Under the pieces are notes generated by a model. That model had not been told where the DNA came from. It did not search any database and saw nothing but the letters and a program-made list of their open reading frames with translations. This document shows, piece after piece, positions 36,157-45,593 of a stretch of DNA of 64,000 bases. Source of the stretch: Clostridiaceae bacterium (GTDB taxonomy: Bacteria > Bacillota > Clostridia > Oscillospirales > QAMX01); the NCBI GenBank assembly GCA_018384365.1, contig JAHAYX010000001.1:180294-244293 (forward strand). The letters are read 5' to 3'. Position 1 is the stretch's first letter. The number at the start of each line of letters is the position of its first letter. The translations under genes and the position numbers were made by a program.

Positions 36157-36885
36157 ATGAAACAGGACGAAAACAACGGTTTCTCCCGCGGGGATAACCG
36201 CGAACCCGAATGCCCCGAAGCCTCCCGTGTTCCGGCACAGGCGCCGCAGAACACGATGGATGAATCCGGCGCCGAAGCGCCGGAGGCCGAACGCCTCTGC
36301 GAGCCGGAGGAACTGCTTCCACCGGAGGACCGGCTCCCTCCGGAAGAGGGCAAACCGCCCTTTGACATCCGGCGCGAGCTGTTCGACTGGTCGGAATCCT
36401 TTGTCACCGCACTGCTGATTATCGTAGTGCTGTTTGCATTTTTCGTGCGTTCCATCGGCGTGGACGGTCACAGCATGATCGACACCCTGCAGGACGGGGA
36501 TTATCTCATCGTCAGCAATCTGTTCTATGACCCGGAGCCGGGTGACATTGTGGTACTGACGAAAAAAACCTTTATGACGGATTCCATCGTCAAACGCATC
36601 ATCGCAACCGGCGGCCAGACCATCGATATGAACTTTGCAACCGGCGAGGTCTGGGTGGACGGCAAACTGCTCGACGAGCCCTATCTGCGCGAGCAGATGT
36701 GGAAATCGGGCGACATGACGTACCCGCTCACCGTGCCGGATGGCTGCGTCTTTGTGATGGGCGACAACCGCAACGGCTCGACCGACAGCCGTTTTTCCCA
36801 GCTTGGCATCGTGGATGAACGCTACATCGTCGGGCACGTGCTTTTCAGAATCTGGCCGCTGCACGCATTTGGCACAGTGAGCTGA
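36157..36885 (+). CDS. lepB: Signal peptidase I
   Basis: GHSMIDTL (Ser), IVKRIIA (Lys) and MGDNRNGSTDSR motifs. Confidence 0.94.
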   Translation: MKQDENNGFSRGDNREPECPEASRVPAQAPQNTMDESGAEAPEAERLCEPEELLPPEDRLPPEEGKPPFDIRRELFDWSESFVTALLIIVVLFAFFVRSIGVDGHSMIDTLQDGDYLIVSNLFYDPEPGDIVVLTKKTFMTDSIVKRIIATGGQTIDMNFATGEVWVDGKLLDEPYLREQMWKSGDMTYPLTVPDGCVFVMGDNRNGSTDSRFSQLGIVDERYIVGHVLFRIWPLHAFGTVS

Positions 36886-36900
36886 CAGAACGGAGTTTTC

Positions 36901-37764
36901 ATGAATATACAGTGGTATCCCGGACATATGACGAAAACGCGGCGTATGCTGGAGGCAGAGCTTTCCTCCGTTGACGCCGTATGCGAAGTGGTGGACGCGC
37001 GCATTCCCGCAGCCAGCCGCAACCCCGACATTGATTCCATCGCGGGACGGCTGCCGCGTCTGATCGCGCTCAACCGCGTCGATCAGGCCGACCCCGCTGC
37101 CACCGCGCGCTGGCGCGCCTGGTTCGAGCACAAAGGGTACCGCGTCATTGAAACGGACAGCCGATCCGGCTCCGGCACCCGGGCTTTCGAGCCCGCGGCG
37201 CGCGCCATTCTTGCGGAAAAAGTGGAGCGCTATGCAGCAAAAGGGCAGAATCGTGCCCTGAAACTGATGATCGTCGGCGTGCCGAACGTCGGGAAATCCT
37301 CGCTCATCAACCGCCTGTCCGGCAAACGCGCCGCAAAAACGGAGGACCGTCCCGGCGTCACACGTTCCAAGCAGTGGATCACCGTTTCGGACAGCATCCT
37401 GCTGCTGGACACCCCCGGCATTCTCTGGCCGAAATTCGATGACGAACAAACCGGCCTGCTGCTGGCCTTCACCGGCGCTGTGCGCGATGATATTATGGAT
37501 ATGGAAACGCTGGCATGGCATCTCATGCAGACGCTGGCCCGCGTTGCGCCGCAGGCAGTGGAATCCCGCTACGGCGTGAAGCTCTCCGGCGACGCCTGGG
37601 AGGATGTGCAGGCCTGCGCCAGAAAACGCGGGTTCCTGATCTCCGGCGGTGAGGCCGACACCGAGCGTATGGCCCGCGTGCTGCTGGACGAATACCGCAG
37701 CGGCAAGCTGGGCCGCATCACCCTGGAACTTCCGGAGGACGGCAATGAAACCGGTGACAACTGA
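36901..37764 (+). CDS. rbgA: Ribosome biogenesis GTPase RbgA/YlqF
   Basis: IQWYPGHM, DARIP, GVPNVGKS and DTPGILWP motifs. Confidence 0.96.
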   Translation: MNIQWYPGHMTKTRRMLEAELSSVDAVCEVVDARIPAASRNPDIDSIAGRLPRLIALNRVDQADPAATARWRAWFEHKGYRVIETDSRSGSGTRAFEPAARAILAEKVERYAAKGQNRALKLMIVGVPNVGKSSLINRLSGKRAAKTEDRPGVTRSKQWITVSDSILLLDTPGILWPKFDDEQTGLLLAFTGAVRDDIMDMETLAWHLMQTLARVAPQAVESRYGVKLSGDAWEDVQACARKRGFLISGGEADTERMARVLLDEYRSGKLGRITLELPEDGNETGDN

Positions 37765-38359
37765 TCTCTGGGCGTTTGAGAAGGACGCCAAAAACCGCGG
37801 TTTTTCCGTGATCTGCGGTGTGGACGAGGCCGGACGCGGCCCGCTGGCGGGCCCCGTGTATGCCGCGGCGGTCATCCTCCCCTTCGGTGAGGAGATCGAG
37901 GGCCTCAACGATTCCAAAAAGCTTTCGGAGCACCAGCGTGACGTTTTATATGAACGCATCCACGCGCGTGCGCTTGCCTATGCGGTGGCCTTTGCCGACG
38001 AACGGGAGATCGACGAGCTGAATATCCTGCATGCCGCCATGCTTGCCATGCGGCGCGCCATCGACGCGCTTTCCATCCGTCCGGAGCTGGCCCTGGTGGA
38101 CGGCAACCGGGATCCCGGACCCGGCATTCCCGTTGAAACCATCGTAAAGGGCGATGCCCTTTCGGCCTCCATTGCCGCTGCGTCGATTCTGGCAAAGGTC
38201 GAGCGGGACCGGTTTATGCTGCAGATGGCAGATGTGTATCCGGAATACCAGTTTGCGCGCCATAAGGGTTATCCCACGGCGCTGCACTATGAACTTTTGG
38301 CGAAATATGGGCCCTGCCCCATCCACCGCCGCAGTTTCCGGCTGGAGCCGCGCGGATGA
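37745..38359 (+). CDS. rnhB: Ribonuclease HII
   Basis: GVDEAGRGPLAGPV, DSKKL and SIAAASILAKV motifs. Confidence 0.96.
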   Translation: MKPVTTDLWAFEKDAKNRGFSVICGVDEAGRGPLAGPVYAAAVILPFGEEIEGLNDSKKLSEHQRDVLYERIHARALAYAVAFADEREIDELNILHAAMLAMRRAIDALSIRPELALVDGNRDPGPGIPVETIVKGDALSASIAAASILAKVERDRFMLQMADVYPEYQFARHKGYPTALHYELLAKYGPCPIHRRSFRLEPRG

Positions 38360-38727
38360 AGGGCGGCGAAGCAGGGCGTTTCGGCGAAAACGAAGCGTGC
38401 CGTTATCTTATCGAGAAGGGCTATGAGATTCTCGCGCGCAATTACCGTTCCCGCTATGGCGAGATCGATATCATTGCGCGGCAGGACGGTGCCGTCGTTT
38501 TCGTCGAAGTGAAAACACGCCGTGACCGGGCGTTTGCGGAGGCCGCGCAGGCCGTAGGGCCGTCGAAGCAGGAAAAACTGCGGAAAACGGCACTTTTCTG
38601 GCTGTCGGAGCACGGCGAACAGCCCGCGCGTTTTGACGTGATCGAAGTCTATACGGGCGCCGCGCGCCGGACCGCACTCGGCGAGACGTACCGCACACAG
38701 ATCCGTCAGATAGAAAACGCATTTTGA
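38356..38727 (+). CDS. YraN family PD-(D/E)XK protein
   Basis: GEIDII...FVEVKTR and RFDVIEV motifs. Confidence 0.92.
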   Translation: MKGGEAGRFGENEACRYLIEKGYEILARNYRSRYGEIDIIARQDGAVVFVEVKTRRDRAFAEAAQAVGPSKQEKLRKTALFWLSEHGEQPARFDVIEVYTGAARRTALGETYRTQIRQIENAF

Positions 38728-38743
38728 AAAATTCCGGGAAAGG

Positions 38744-39754
38744 ATGCTGCCCATGCTCCCCTATTTTGACGCACATTGCGATACCATTGCTGAGATCGCC
38801 AATCACGGCGGCGGACTTTGGCAGAACGATTACCATGTAGACCTCGCGCGTCTCGCGTCCTATGCGCCGCGCGCGCAGGTGTTCGCGCTCTTCGGCAACA
38901 TCGGCCGCGACGCGATGCGCGGCGTCGCGAGCCATGAAGAATTCATCGACCGCATCCGCAGCGGCGTGGTCAAGGCAGGCCCGGAGTCCGTCGCGCTCTA
39001 TCGTGCGCTGCGTGCCGCGTTCGACCGCGAGATGGCCGCAAACACCGACCATGTACTGCACTGCCTGAATTCCGCCGACCTTGACCGGGCGGCCTGTGAG
39101 GGCAAAACCGCCGCTATCCTCGCCGTCGAGGGCGCGGAGACACTCTTTGGCATGACCGCGGACGACGTGTATGCCGAAGGCATCCGCCTCGTCACGCTGA
39201 CCTGGAACTACCGCAACCAGATGGGCGGCACGAATATGACGGGCGGCGGCCTGACGGACGAAGGCCGTGCTTTCGTGCGCCGCGCGAATGAGCTGGGCAT
39301 CGTGATCGACCTGTCCCACGGCTCCGACGAACTCTTCTACGACGTGGCGGAGATCGCGGTAAAGCCTTTTATCTGCAGCCACTCCAATTCCCGCACCATC
39401 TGCCCGGCCAGCCGCAACATCACGGACGACATGTTCCGCACGCTGATGAAGGCGGGCGGCGTGACCGGCATCAATTTCTGCGCGGACTTCCTCGTGCCGC
39501 ATGAAACCGCGGACACCTGCTGCATCGACGATGCCGTGCGGCATATTGAGCATTTCCTGTCCCTCGGCGGTGCGAAGCACGTCTGCCTGGGCGGCGACCT
39601 GGACGGCATCGCCGCACGTCCCCGCGAGCTTCGCGGCGCAGAGGACGTGTACCGCCTCGCAGACGCCCTTGCACAGCGGAACTATTCCGATGACCTGATT
39701 TACGATATTTTCTATAACAACCTGTCCCGCGTGATACGCAGCGTGATCGGTTGA
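38744..39754 (+). CDS. Membrane dipeptidase family (M19) peptidase
   Basis: DAHCDT, LAVEG, LTWN, DLSH, SHSN and GGDLDG motifs. Confidence 0.9.
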   Translation: MLPMLPYFDAHCDTIAEIANHGGGLWQNDYHVDLARLASYAPRAQVFALFGNIGRDAMRGVASHEEFIDRIRSGVVKAGPESVALYRALRAAFDREMAANTDHVLHCLNSADLDRAACEGKTAAILAVEGAETLFGMTADDVYAEGIRLVTLTWNYRNQMGGTNMTGGGLTDEGRAFVRRANELGIVIDLSHGSDELFYDVAEIAVKPFICSHSNSRTICPASRNITDDMFRTLMKAGGVTGINFCADFLVPHETADTCCIDDAVRHIEHFLSLGGAKHVCLGGDLDGIAARPRELRGAEDVYRLADALAQRNYSDDLIYDIFYNNLSRVIRSVIG

Positions 39755-39770
39755 ACAAGGTGGGATACGT

Positions 39771-41267
39771 ATGAATTACACAAGCACTCGCAGCGCCATG
39801 ACCGCATCCTCGGCGCAGGCCATTGCTTCCGGCATCGCACCGGACGGCGGTCTTTTCACCCCGACCTCGATCCCCCAGCTTACGGCTGCCGAGCTGGAAA
39901 GCTTCCGCAGCCTCAGCTATTCCGAACTGGCGGCAGAGATTCTCTCCCGCTTCATGGACGACTTCACGAAGGAAGAGCTGCTGTCCTATGCACAGGCTGC
40001 CTATGACACCGGCCGCTTCCTGCGCCCCGGCACAGACAGCCGCGAGCCTGTCGGGCTTTGCGAGCTGAACCCCGGCGAGGAGCTTTTGGAGCTCTTCTAT
40101 GGCCCAACCGCCGCCTTTAAGGATATGGCGCTTCAGATCATGCCGCGTCTGCTGACCGCGTCGCTCAAAAAGCTGGGCGAGCAGCGCAGCGTGTGCATCC
40201 TGGTGGCAACCTCCGGCGACACCGGAAAGGCCGCGCTGGAGGGCTTCCGTGATGTGGAAGGCACGCGCATCGGCGTATACTTCCCGGACGGCGGCGTCAG
40301 CGAGATCCAGCGGATGCAGATGGAAACCCAGGAGGGCGGCAATGTCGCCGTCTGGGCCGTGCGCGGCAACTTTGACGACTGCCAGACCGGCGTGAAAAAG
40401 ATTTTCGCAAGTGAGGAAGCCAACCGCGCCATTGGCGACGCGGGCATCATGCTCTCCTCCGCGAATTCCATCAACTGGGGCCGCCTTGCCCCGCAGATCG
40501 TCTATTATATCTGGTCGTACCTGCGCCTTGCACAGCGCGGCGTTATCCGGATGGGCGATTCCGTCAATGTCTGCGTCCCGACGGGCAACTTCGGCAACAT
40601 CCTGGCCGCCTATCTCGCGCGCCGCATGGGTCTGCCGTTTGCGCGCCTCATCTGCGCGTCCAACGCCAACAATGTCCTGACCGATTTTATCAGGACCGGC
40701 GTTTACGACCGCAACCGTGATTTCTACCGCACGCTTTCCCCGTCGATGGATATCCTCATTTCCTCGAACGTGGAGCGTCTGCTCTATTATATTTCCGGCG
40801 GAAACTGCGCCTATGTTGCCGGAAAAATGCGTGAACTGGCCGAAACCGGCCGCTATGCGCTGGAGGGCCGCGAGCTGGCCGAGCTGCAGAGCGTCTTTAC
40901 GGCCGGCTTCTGCGATGATGCCGCGACCGCACGCACCATCCGCGAGGTATGGGAAGGCAACCGGCACCTGATCGACACCCACACCGCAGTCGGTGTGCGC
41001 GTCCTGCGCGACACCGCGCCCGGCGGCGTGACCATTCTTGCTTCCACGGCTTCTGCCTATAAATTTGCGGACGGCGTGCTGGAGGCACTCGGCGGTGAGC
41101 GCTGTGACGGCTTCGATGCAATCGACCGTCTGGCACACCAGACGGGTTCCCCCGTCCCCATGCCGCTGGAATCCCTGCGCGGCAGCGCCGTGCGCTTTGA
41201 CACGGTCATCGACCGCGACCGCATGGAATCCGCGGCGGTGAATTTCTGCCAGTCCTTCGACCTGTAA
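39771..41267 (+). CDS. thrC: Threonine synthase
   Basis: GPTAAFKD, ATSGDTG, SANSINWGR, VPTGNFGN and SPSMDI motifs. Confidence 0.94.
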   Translation: MNYTSTRSAMTASSAQAIASGIAPDGGLFTPTSIPQLTAAELESFRSLSYSELAAEILSRFMDDFTKEELLSYAQAAYDTGRFLRPGTDSREPVGLCELNPGEELLELFYGPTAAFKDMALQIMPRLLTASLKKLGEQRSVCILVATSGDTGKAALEGFRDVEGTRIGVYFPDGGVSEIQRMQMETQEGGNVAVWAVRGNFDDCQTGVKKIFASEEANRAIGDAGIMLSSANSINWGRLAPQIVYYIWSYLRLAQRGVIRMGDSVNVCVPTGNFGNILAAYLARRMGLPFARLICASNANNVLTDFIRTGVYDRNRDFYRTLSPSMDILISSNVERLLYYISGGNCAYVAGKMRELAETGRYALEGRELAELQSVFTAGFCDDAATARTIREVWEGNRHLIDTHTAVGVRVLRDTAPGGVTILASTASAYKFADGVLEALGGERCDGFDAIDRLAHQTGSPVPMPLESLRGSAVRFDTVIDRDRMESAAVNFCQSFDL

Positions 41268-41298
41268 ATCCACCCCACCGCCGGAAGGAGCGTGCATT

Positions 41299-41997
41299 GT
41301 GGCGTTATATACAATTGCGGACCTCCATCTCTCCCTCGGCACGGATAAGCCCATGGATGTGTTCGGCGGTGCCTGGAACGGGTACATGGACAAGCTCCGG
41401 GAGAATTTTGCCCGGCTGCGTGCGGATGATATGCTCGTCATCCCCGGCGACCTTTCCTGGGGCATCAGCCTGGAGGAGGCCCTGCCGGATTTCCGGTTTC
41501 TCGATGCGCTTCCGGGCCGGAAACTGCTGGTGAAAGGGAACCACGACCTGTGGTGGGATACCGTTGCCAAAATGAACCGGTTTTTCGCCGCAAACGGGAT
41601 CACAACCCTCGATTTCCTCCATAATAACTGCCATATGTACCAAGATACGGCGCTGTGCGGCACGCGCGGCTGGTTCTTTGAAGAGGAAACCGGCGGCGCC
41701 CATGACGAAAAAATCATGAACCGCGAGGTGGGAAGATTGGAAACCTCCCTGAAAGCGGCAAAAAAAGCCGGTGCGGCGCGCATATACTGTTTCATGCACT
41801 ACCCTCCCATTTTTGGGAAGTATGAATGTCCCCGCATCGTGGAAATGCTTGCGGATTACGGCGTTTCCCGGTGTTTTTACGGACATTTGCACGCGGAAAG
41901 TCACAAAAGAGCGTATGAGGGACTGTATGGCGGCGTGGAATATGTGCTCGCGGCGGCGGATTATCTGAATTTTGATCCGATTTTGGTTATGAATTAA
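41299..41997 (+). CDS. Calcineurin-like metallophosphoesterase
   Basis: ADLH, PGDLSW, KGNHD, HYPP and YGHLH motifs. Confidence 0.88.
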   Translation: MALYTIADLHLSLGTDKPMDVFGGAWNGYMDKLRENFARLRADDMLVIPGDLSWGISLEEALPDFRFLDALPGRKLLVKGNHDLWWDTVAKMNRFFAANGITTLDFLHNNCHMYQDTALCGTRGWFFEEETGGAHDEKIMNREVGRLETSLKAAKKAGAARIYCFMHYPPIFGKYECPRIVEMLADYGVSRCFYGHLHAESHKRAYEGLYGGVEYVLAAADYLNFDPILVMN

Positions 41998-42005
41998 AAA
42001 AATAG

Positions 42006-42035
42006 TTGGCATAATCAAGAGAAATGTTGTATAAT
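42006..42035 (+). promoter_or_regulatory. sigmaA promoter of tig-clpP-clpX
   Basis: TTGGCA-18bp-TATAAT. Confidence 0.65.
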
Positions 42036-42117
42036 AAAATTTAGCAGAAAACTGCGTAAAATGAAGTCCACCGGAAAGGAGTCGCACCGTCTGATGTTGA
42101 AACGGTGCGGGATGTGT

Positions 42118-43395
42118 ATGGAACTGAAGAAAAACGAGAAAGTCAATGGTTATACAGTAGAACTTGAGATCGGCGTCGGCAAGGAAGAATTTGAGGCTGC
42201 CTGCGAGCAGGCATACCGCAAAAACGTCGGCAAGATCACCGTCCCCGGCTTCCGCCGCGGCAAAGCCCCCCGCAAGATGATTGAAAAAATGTACGGCGCC
42301 AGCGTTTTCTATGAGGACGCTGTGAATATCGCTTTCCCGGCAGCTTACGAAGCCGCTGTTGACGAAGCGGGCATCATCCCCGTTGACCAGGCACAGCTGG
42401 ATATCCTGGATCTTTCCGAAAACGGCTTCACCTTCAAGGCGGTTGTCACCGTCCGTCCGTCCATCGACGCCGGCGATTACAAAGCAATCCGCGTAGAGAA
42501 GTACCAGCATGAAGTCACCGATGAGGATGTCGATGCCGAGATCAACCGCATGGCACAGCGCAACAGCCGTGTGGAGACCGTGGAGCGTGAAGCCGCTTCC
42601 GGCGACACCGCAAACATCGACTATGAAGGCTCCGTGGACGGCGTGCCGTTTGACGGCGGCAAGGCAGAAGGCTATGACCTCCGCCTGGGTTCCGGCACCT
42701 TTATCCCCGGTTTTGAAGATCAGATCATCGGCCACAAGGCCGGCGATGAGTTTGACGTAAAGGTCACTTTCCCGGAGGAGTATCATTCCGCTGACCTGGC
42801 AGGCAAGGAAGCCGTCTTTAAGACTGTTCTGCACGAAGTGAAGGAGACCATCCTGCCCGAGATCGACGACGAGTTTGCAAAGGATGTTTCCGAGCATGAC
42901 ACGCTCGAGGAGCTGAAAAAGGAAACCCGCGAAAATCTCGAAAAGGCCAACGAGGCGCACAGCGAGCAGCAGTTTGAGGCAGATCTCTTTGAAAAGCTCG
43001 CAGCACTTGTCACCGACGAGGTTCCGGAAGTCATGTATGACAACGCCGTTGACAACATGGTACAGGATTTCTCTTACCGCATGAGCATGCAGGGCATCGG
43101 CCTGGAGCAGTATCTTGCCATGACCGGCTCCACGATGGAGCAGTTCCGCGGCAACTTCCGCGACCGTGCCGTGCAGCAGGTCAAGGTTGGCCTGGAGCTT
43201 GAGGCCATTGCAAAGGCCGAGGGCTTTGACGCCACCGAGGAAGAAATCGACGCCGAATACGAGAAGCTCGCCACCGAGCAGATGACCGTCGAGCAGGTTA
43301 AGACCTATCTGAATGCCGCTTCCGTCAAGAGTGACATCATCACCGAAAAGACCATCAATCTCCTCAAGGAGATTGCGGCGCAGCCCGCCGAATAA
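42118..43395 (+). CDS. tig: Trigger factor
   Basis: VPGFRRGKAP ribosome-binding motif; FKBP domain FIPGFE...FPEEYH. Confidence 0.96.
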   Translation: MELKKNEKVNGYTVELEIGVGKEEFEAACEQAYRKNVGKITVPGFRRGKAPRKMIEKMYGASVFYEDAVNIAFPAAYEAAVDEAGIIPVDQAQLDILDLSENGFTFKAVVTVRPSIDAGDYKAIRVEKYQHEVTDEDVDAEINRMAQRNSRVETVEREAASGDTANIDYEGSVDGVPFDGGKAEGYDLRLGSGTFIPGFEDQIIGHKAGDEFDVKVTFPEEYHSADLAGKEAVFKTVLHEVKETILPEIDDEFAKDVSEHDTLEELKKETRENLEKANEAHSEQQFEADLFEKLAALVTDEVPEVMYDNAVDNMVQDFSYRMSMQGIGLEQYLAMTGSTMEQFRGNFRDRAVQQVKVGLELEAIAKAEGFDATEEEIDAEYEKLATEQMTVEQVKTYLNAASVKSDIITEKTINLLKEIAAQPAE

Positions 43396-43479
43396 GTCCG
43401 GCGGCAGCCGGGCGCACGCGCGCGTATGTACGTGCCCCCAGCACCCTTCGTACATACTTTTTTAAAGGAGCGATACAAT

Positions 43480-44064
43480 ATGAGTTTAGTCCCGATGGTA
43501 ATTGAACAGACGAACCGCGGCGAGCGTTCTTTCGACATTTTTTCCCGTTTGCTGAACGACCGCATCGTGTTCCTGAGCGAAGAAGTCAATGATACAACGG
43601 CGTCCCTGGTCGTTGCCCAGCTGCTCTATCTGGAGAGCCAGGATCCCGACCGTGATATCAGCTTTTACATCAACAGCCCCGGCGGCTCCATCACCGCCGG
43701 CATGGCAATTTACGATACCATGCAGTACATCAAGCCGGACGTTTCCACGATCTGCGTCGGCATGGCGGCCAGCATGGGTTCCTTCCTCCTGGCGGCAGGT
43801 GCCAAGGGCAAGCGCTTTGCCCTGCCGAATTCCGAAATTCTGATCCACCAGCCGCTGATGGGCGGTCTGCAGGGCCAGGCTTCGGATATCAAGATCCATT
43901 CCGATCACCTGATCCGCACCCGCGAAAAGCTCAACCGCATCTTGAGCGAAGTAACCGGTCAGTCCTATGAGACAATCTGCAAGGATACCGACCGCGATCA
44001 TTATATGACGGCGGAAGAAGCCATGCAGTATGGCCTTGTAGACCGCGTGATCACCAAGCGCTAA
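43480..44064 (+). CDS. clpP: ATP-dependent Clp protease proteolytic subunit
   Basis: YINSPGG, GMAASMG, IHQP and DRD motifs. Confidence 0.98.
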   Translation: MSLVPMVIEQTNRGERSFDIFSRLLNDRIVFLSEEVNDTTASLVVAQLLYLESQDPDRDISFYINSPGGSITAGMAIYDTMQYIKPDVSTICVGMAASMGSFLLAAGAKGKRFALPNSEILIHQPLMGGLQGQASDIKIHSDHLIRTREKLNRILSEVTGQSYETICKDTDRDHYMTAEEAMQYGLVDRVITKR

Positions 44065-44112
44065 ACCTTCCCGGAACGTTTTCCGGCCGTAATACCAGTT
44101 CTGAGGTGTCAA

Positions 44113-45423
44113 ATGGCAAAAAACGACGACCAGAGGAATCTGCGGTGCAGCTTCTGCGGTAAAAGGCAGGATCAGGTCGAAAGACTCATCGTAGGTCCAA
44201 ACGCATATATCTGTGACGAGTGCATCGGTCTGTGCGTGGAAATATTGAACGAAGGGGCGGACGATGACCGCGTTTCCAGGCGGCACAGTGAACCGTCGGC
44301 CCCGCCGGTACTCATGCGCCCGCGGGAGATCAAGCAGGTGCTTGATGAGTACGTCATCGGCCAGGACCGTGCGAAAATCGCACTTTCCGTCGCCGTGTAC
44401 AATCACTATAAGCGCATTTACTACGGTGCCCGAGATGACGACGGCGTGGAGATCCAGAAATCGAATGTTTTGCTGCTCGGCCCGACCGGCTGCGGCAAAA
44501 CATTCCTGGCGCAGACACTTGCGCGCGTCCTGAAAGTCCCGTTTGCAATTGCGGATGCAACCACGCTGACGGAAGCCGGCTATGTCGGCGACGACGTGGA
44601 AAACATTCTCCTGCGGCTCATCCAGGCAGCGGATTTTAACGTGGAGCTGGCGCAGCGCGGCATCATTTATATTGATGAAATCGACAAAATCGCCCGCAAG
44701 AGCGAAAATGTCTCCATCACCCGCGATGTCTCCGGCGAAGGCGTCCAGCAGGCGCTTTTGAAGATCCTGGAGGGCACGGTGGCAAACGTTCCGCCGAACG
44801 GCGGACGCAAGCACCCGCATCAGGATTTCATCCAGATCGACACCTCGCAGATCCTCTTTATCTGCGGCGGCGCTTTTGACGGCCTTGATAAAATCATCGA
44901 AGCGCGTACCAACAAGTCAAGCCTTGGCTTCGGCGCGGAGATCCGCACCAAGGTCGAGCGCAGTTCGGGCGATATTCTGAAAGAAATCGAGCCGCACGAC
45001 ATTCTGAAGTACGGCATCATTCCCGAACTGGTCGGACGTCTGCCCGTGATTACCACGCTCGAGCCCCTTTCCCGGGATATGCTCGTACGGGTGCTGACAG
45101 AGCCGAAAAATTCGTTTGTCAAGCAGTATCAAAAGCTGATGCGGCTGGACGGTATCGAGCTTGATTTCGAGCAGGAGGCACTTGAGGCGATTGCCGACCG
45201 GGCAGTCAGCCGCGGCACCGGCGCGCGCGGTCTTCGTTCCATCATCGAAAGCGTGATGGGTGAAATCATGTACGACGCACCGTCGGATCCCACCATTGTC
45301 AAAATAACCGTGACCCGTGAATGTGTGGATGGCAGCGAGCCGCCGATCACGGTCCGCGATCCTGCCCTGCAGGACGGCGGACAGCGCCGCGCGCTCCCGC
45401 CCCGCCGCAACACAGCATCATAA
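44113..45423 (+). CDS. clpX: ATP-dependent Clp protease ATP-binding subunit
   Basis: CSFC zinc-binding domain; [15 protein letters not shown] and LGF loops. Confidence 0.98.
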   Translation: MAKNDDQRNLRCSFCGKRQDQVERLIVGPNAYICDECIGLCVEILNEGADDDRVSRRHSEPSAPPVLMRPREIKQVLDEYVIGQDRAKIALSVAVYNHYKRIYYGARDDDGVEIQKSNVLLLGPTGCGKTFLAQTLARVLKVPFAIADATTLTEAGYVGDDVENILLRLIQAADFNVELAQRGIIYIDEIDKIARKSENVSITRDVSGEGVQQALLKILEGTVANVPPNGGRKHPHQDFIQIDTSQILFICGGAFDGLDKIIEARTNKSSLGFGAEIRTKVERSSGDILKEIEPHDILKYGIIPELVGRLPVITTLEPLSRDMLVRVLTEPKNSFVKQYQKLMRLDGIELDFEQEALEAIADRAVSRGTGARGLRSIIESVMGEIMYDAPSDPTIVKITVTRECVDGSEPPITVRDPALQDGGQRRALPPRRNTAS

Positions 45424-45593
45424 AGTAAAACCAGAGGCCGCTATTCAAAAAGCGGCCGTGACAGAACCACCTGCCGCGGCCGCTTTTTTCTTCCTTTGCC
45501 TGCCCTGACACTTCCGTCAGGCTGCCGGGCTGGGAGTTTCACCGGTTGCCTCTGATTTTTTCATACAGCCAAAAAATTCCGAGGACTTTTATC

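Noticed and set aside
45424-45593. CtsR/CIRCE site or sRNA between clpX and lon
   Set aside because: There are only short GC hairpins, with no match to the CtsR heptad repeat or the CIRCE inverted repeat.
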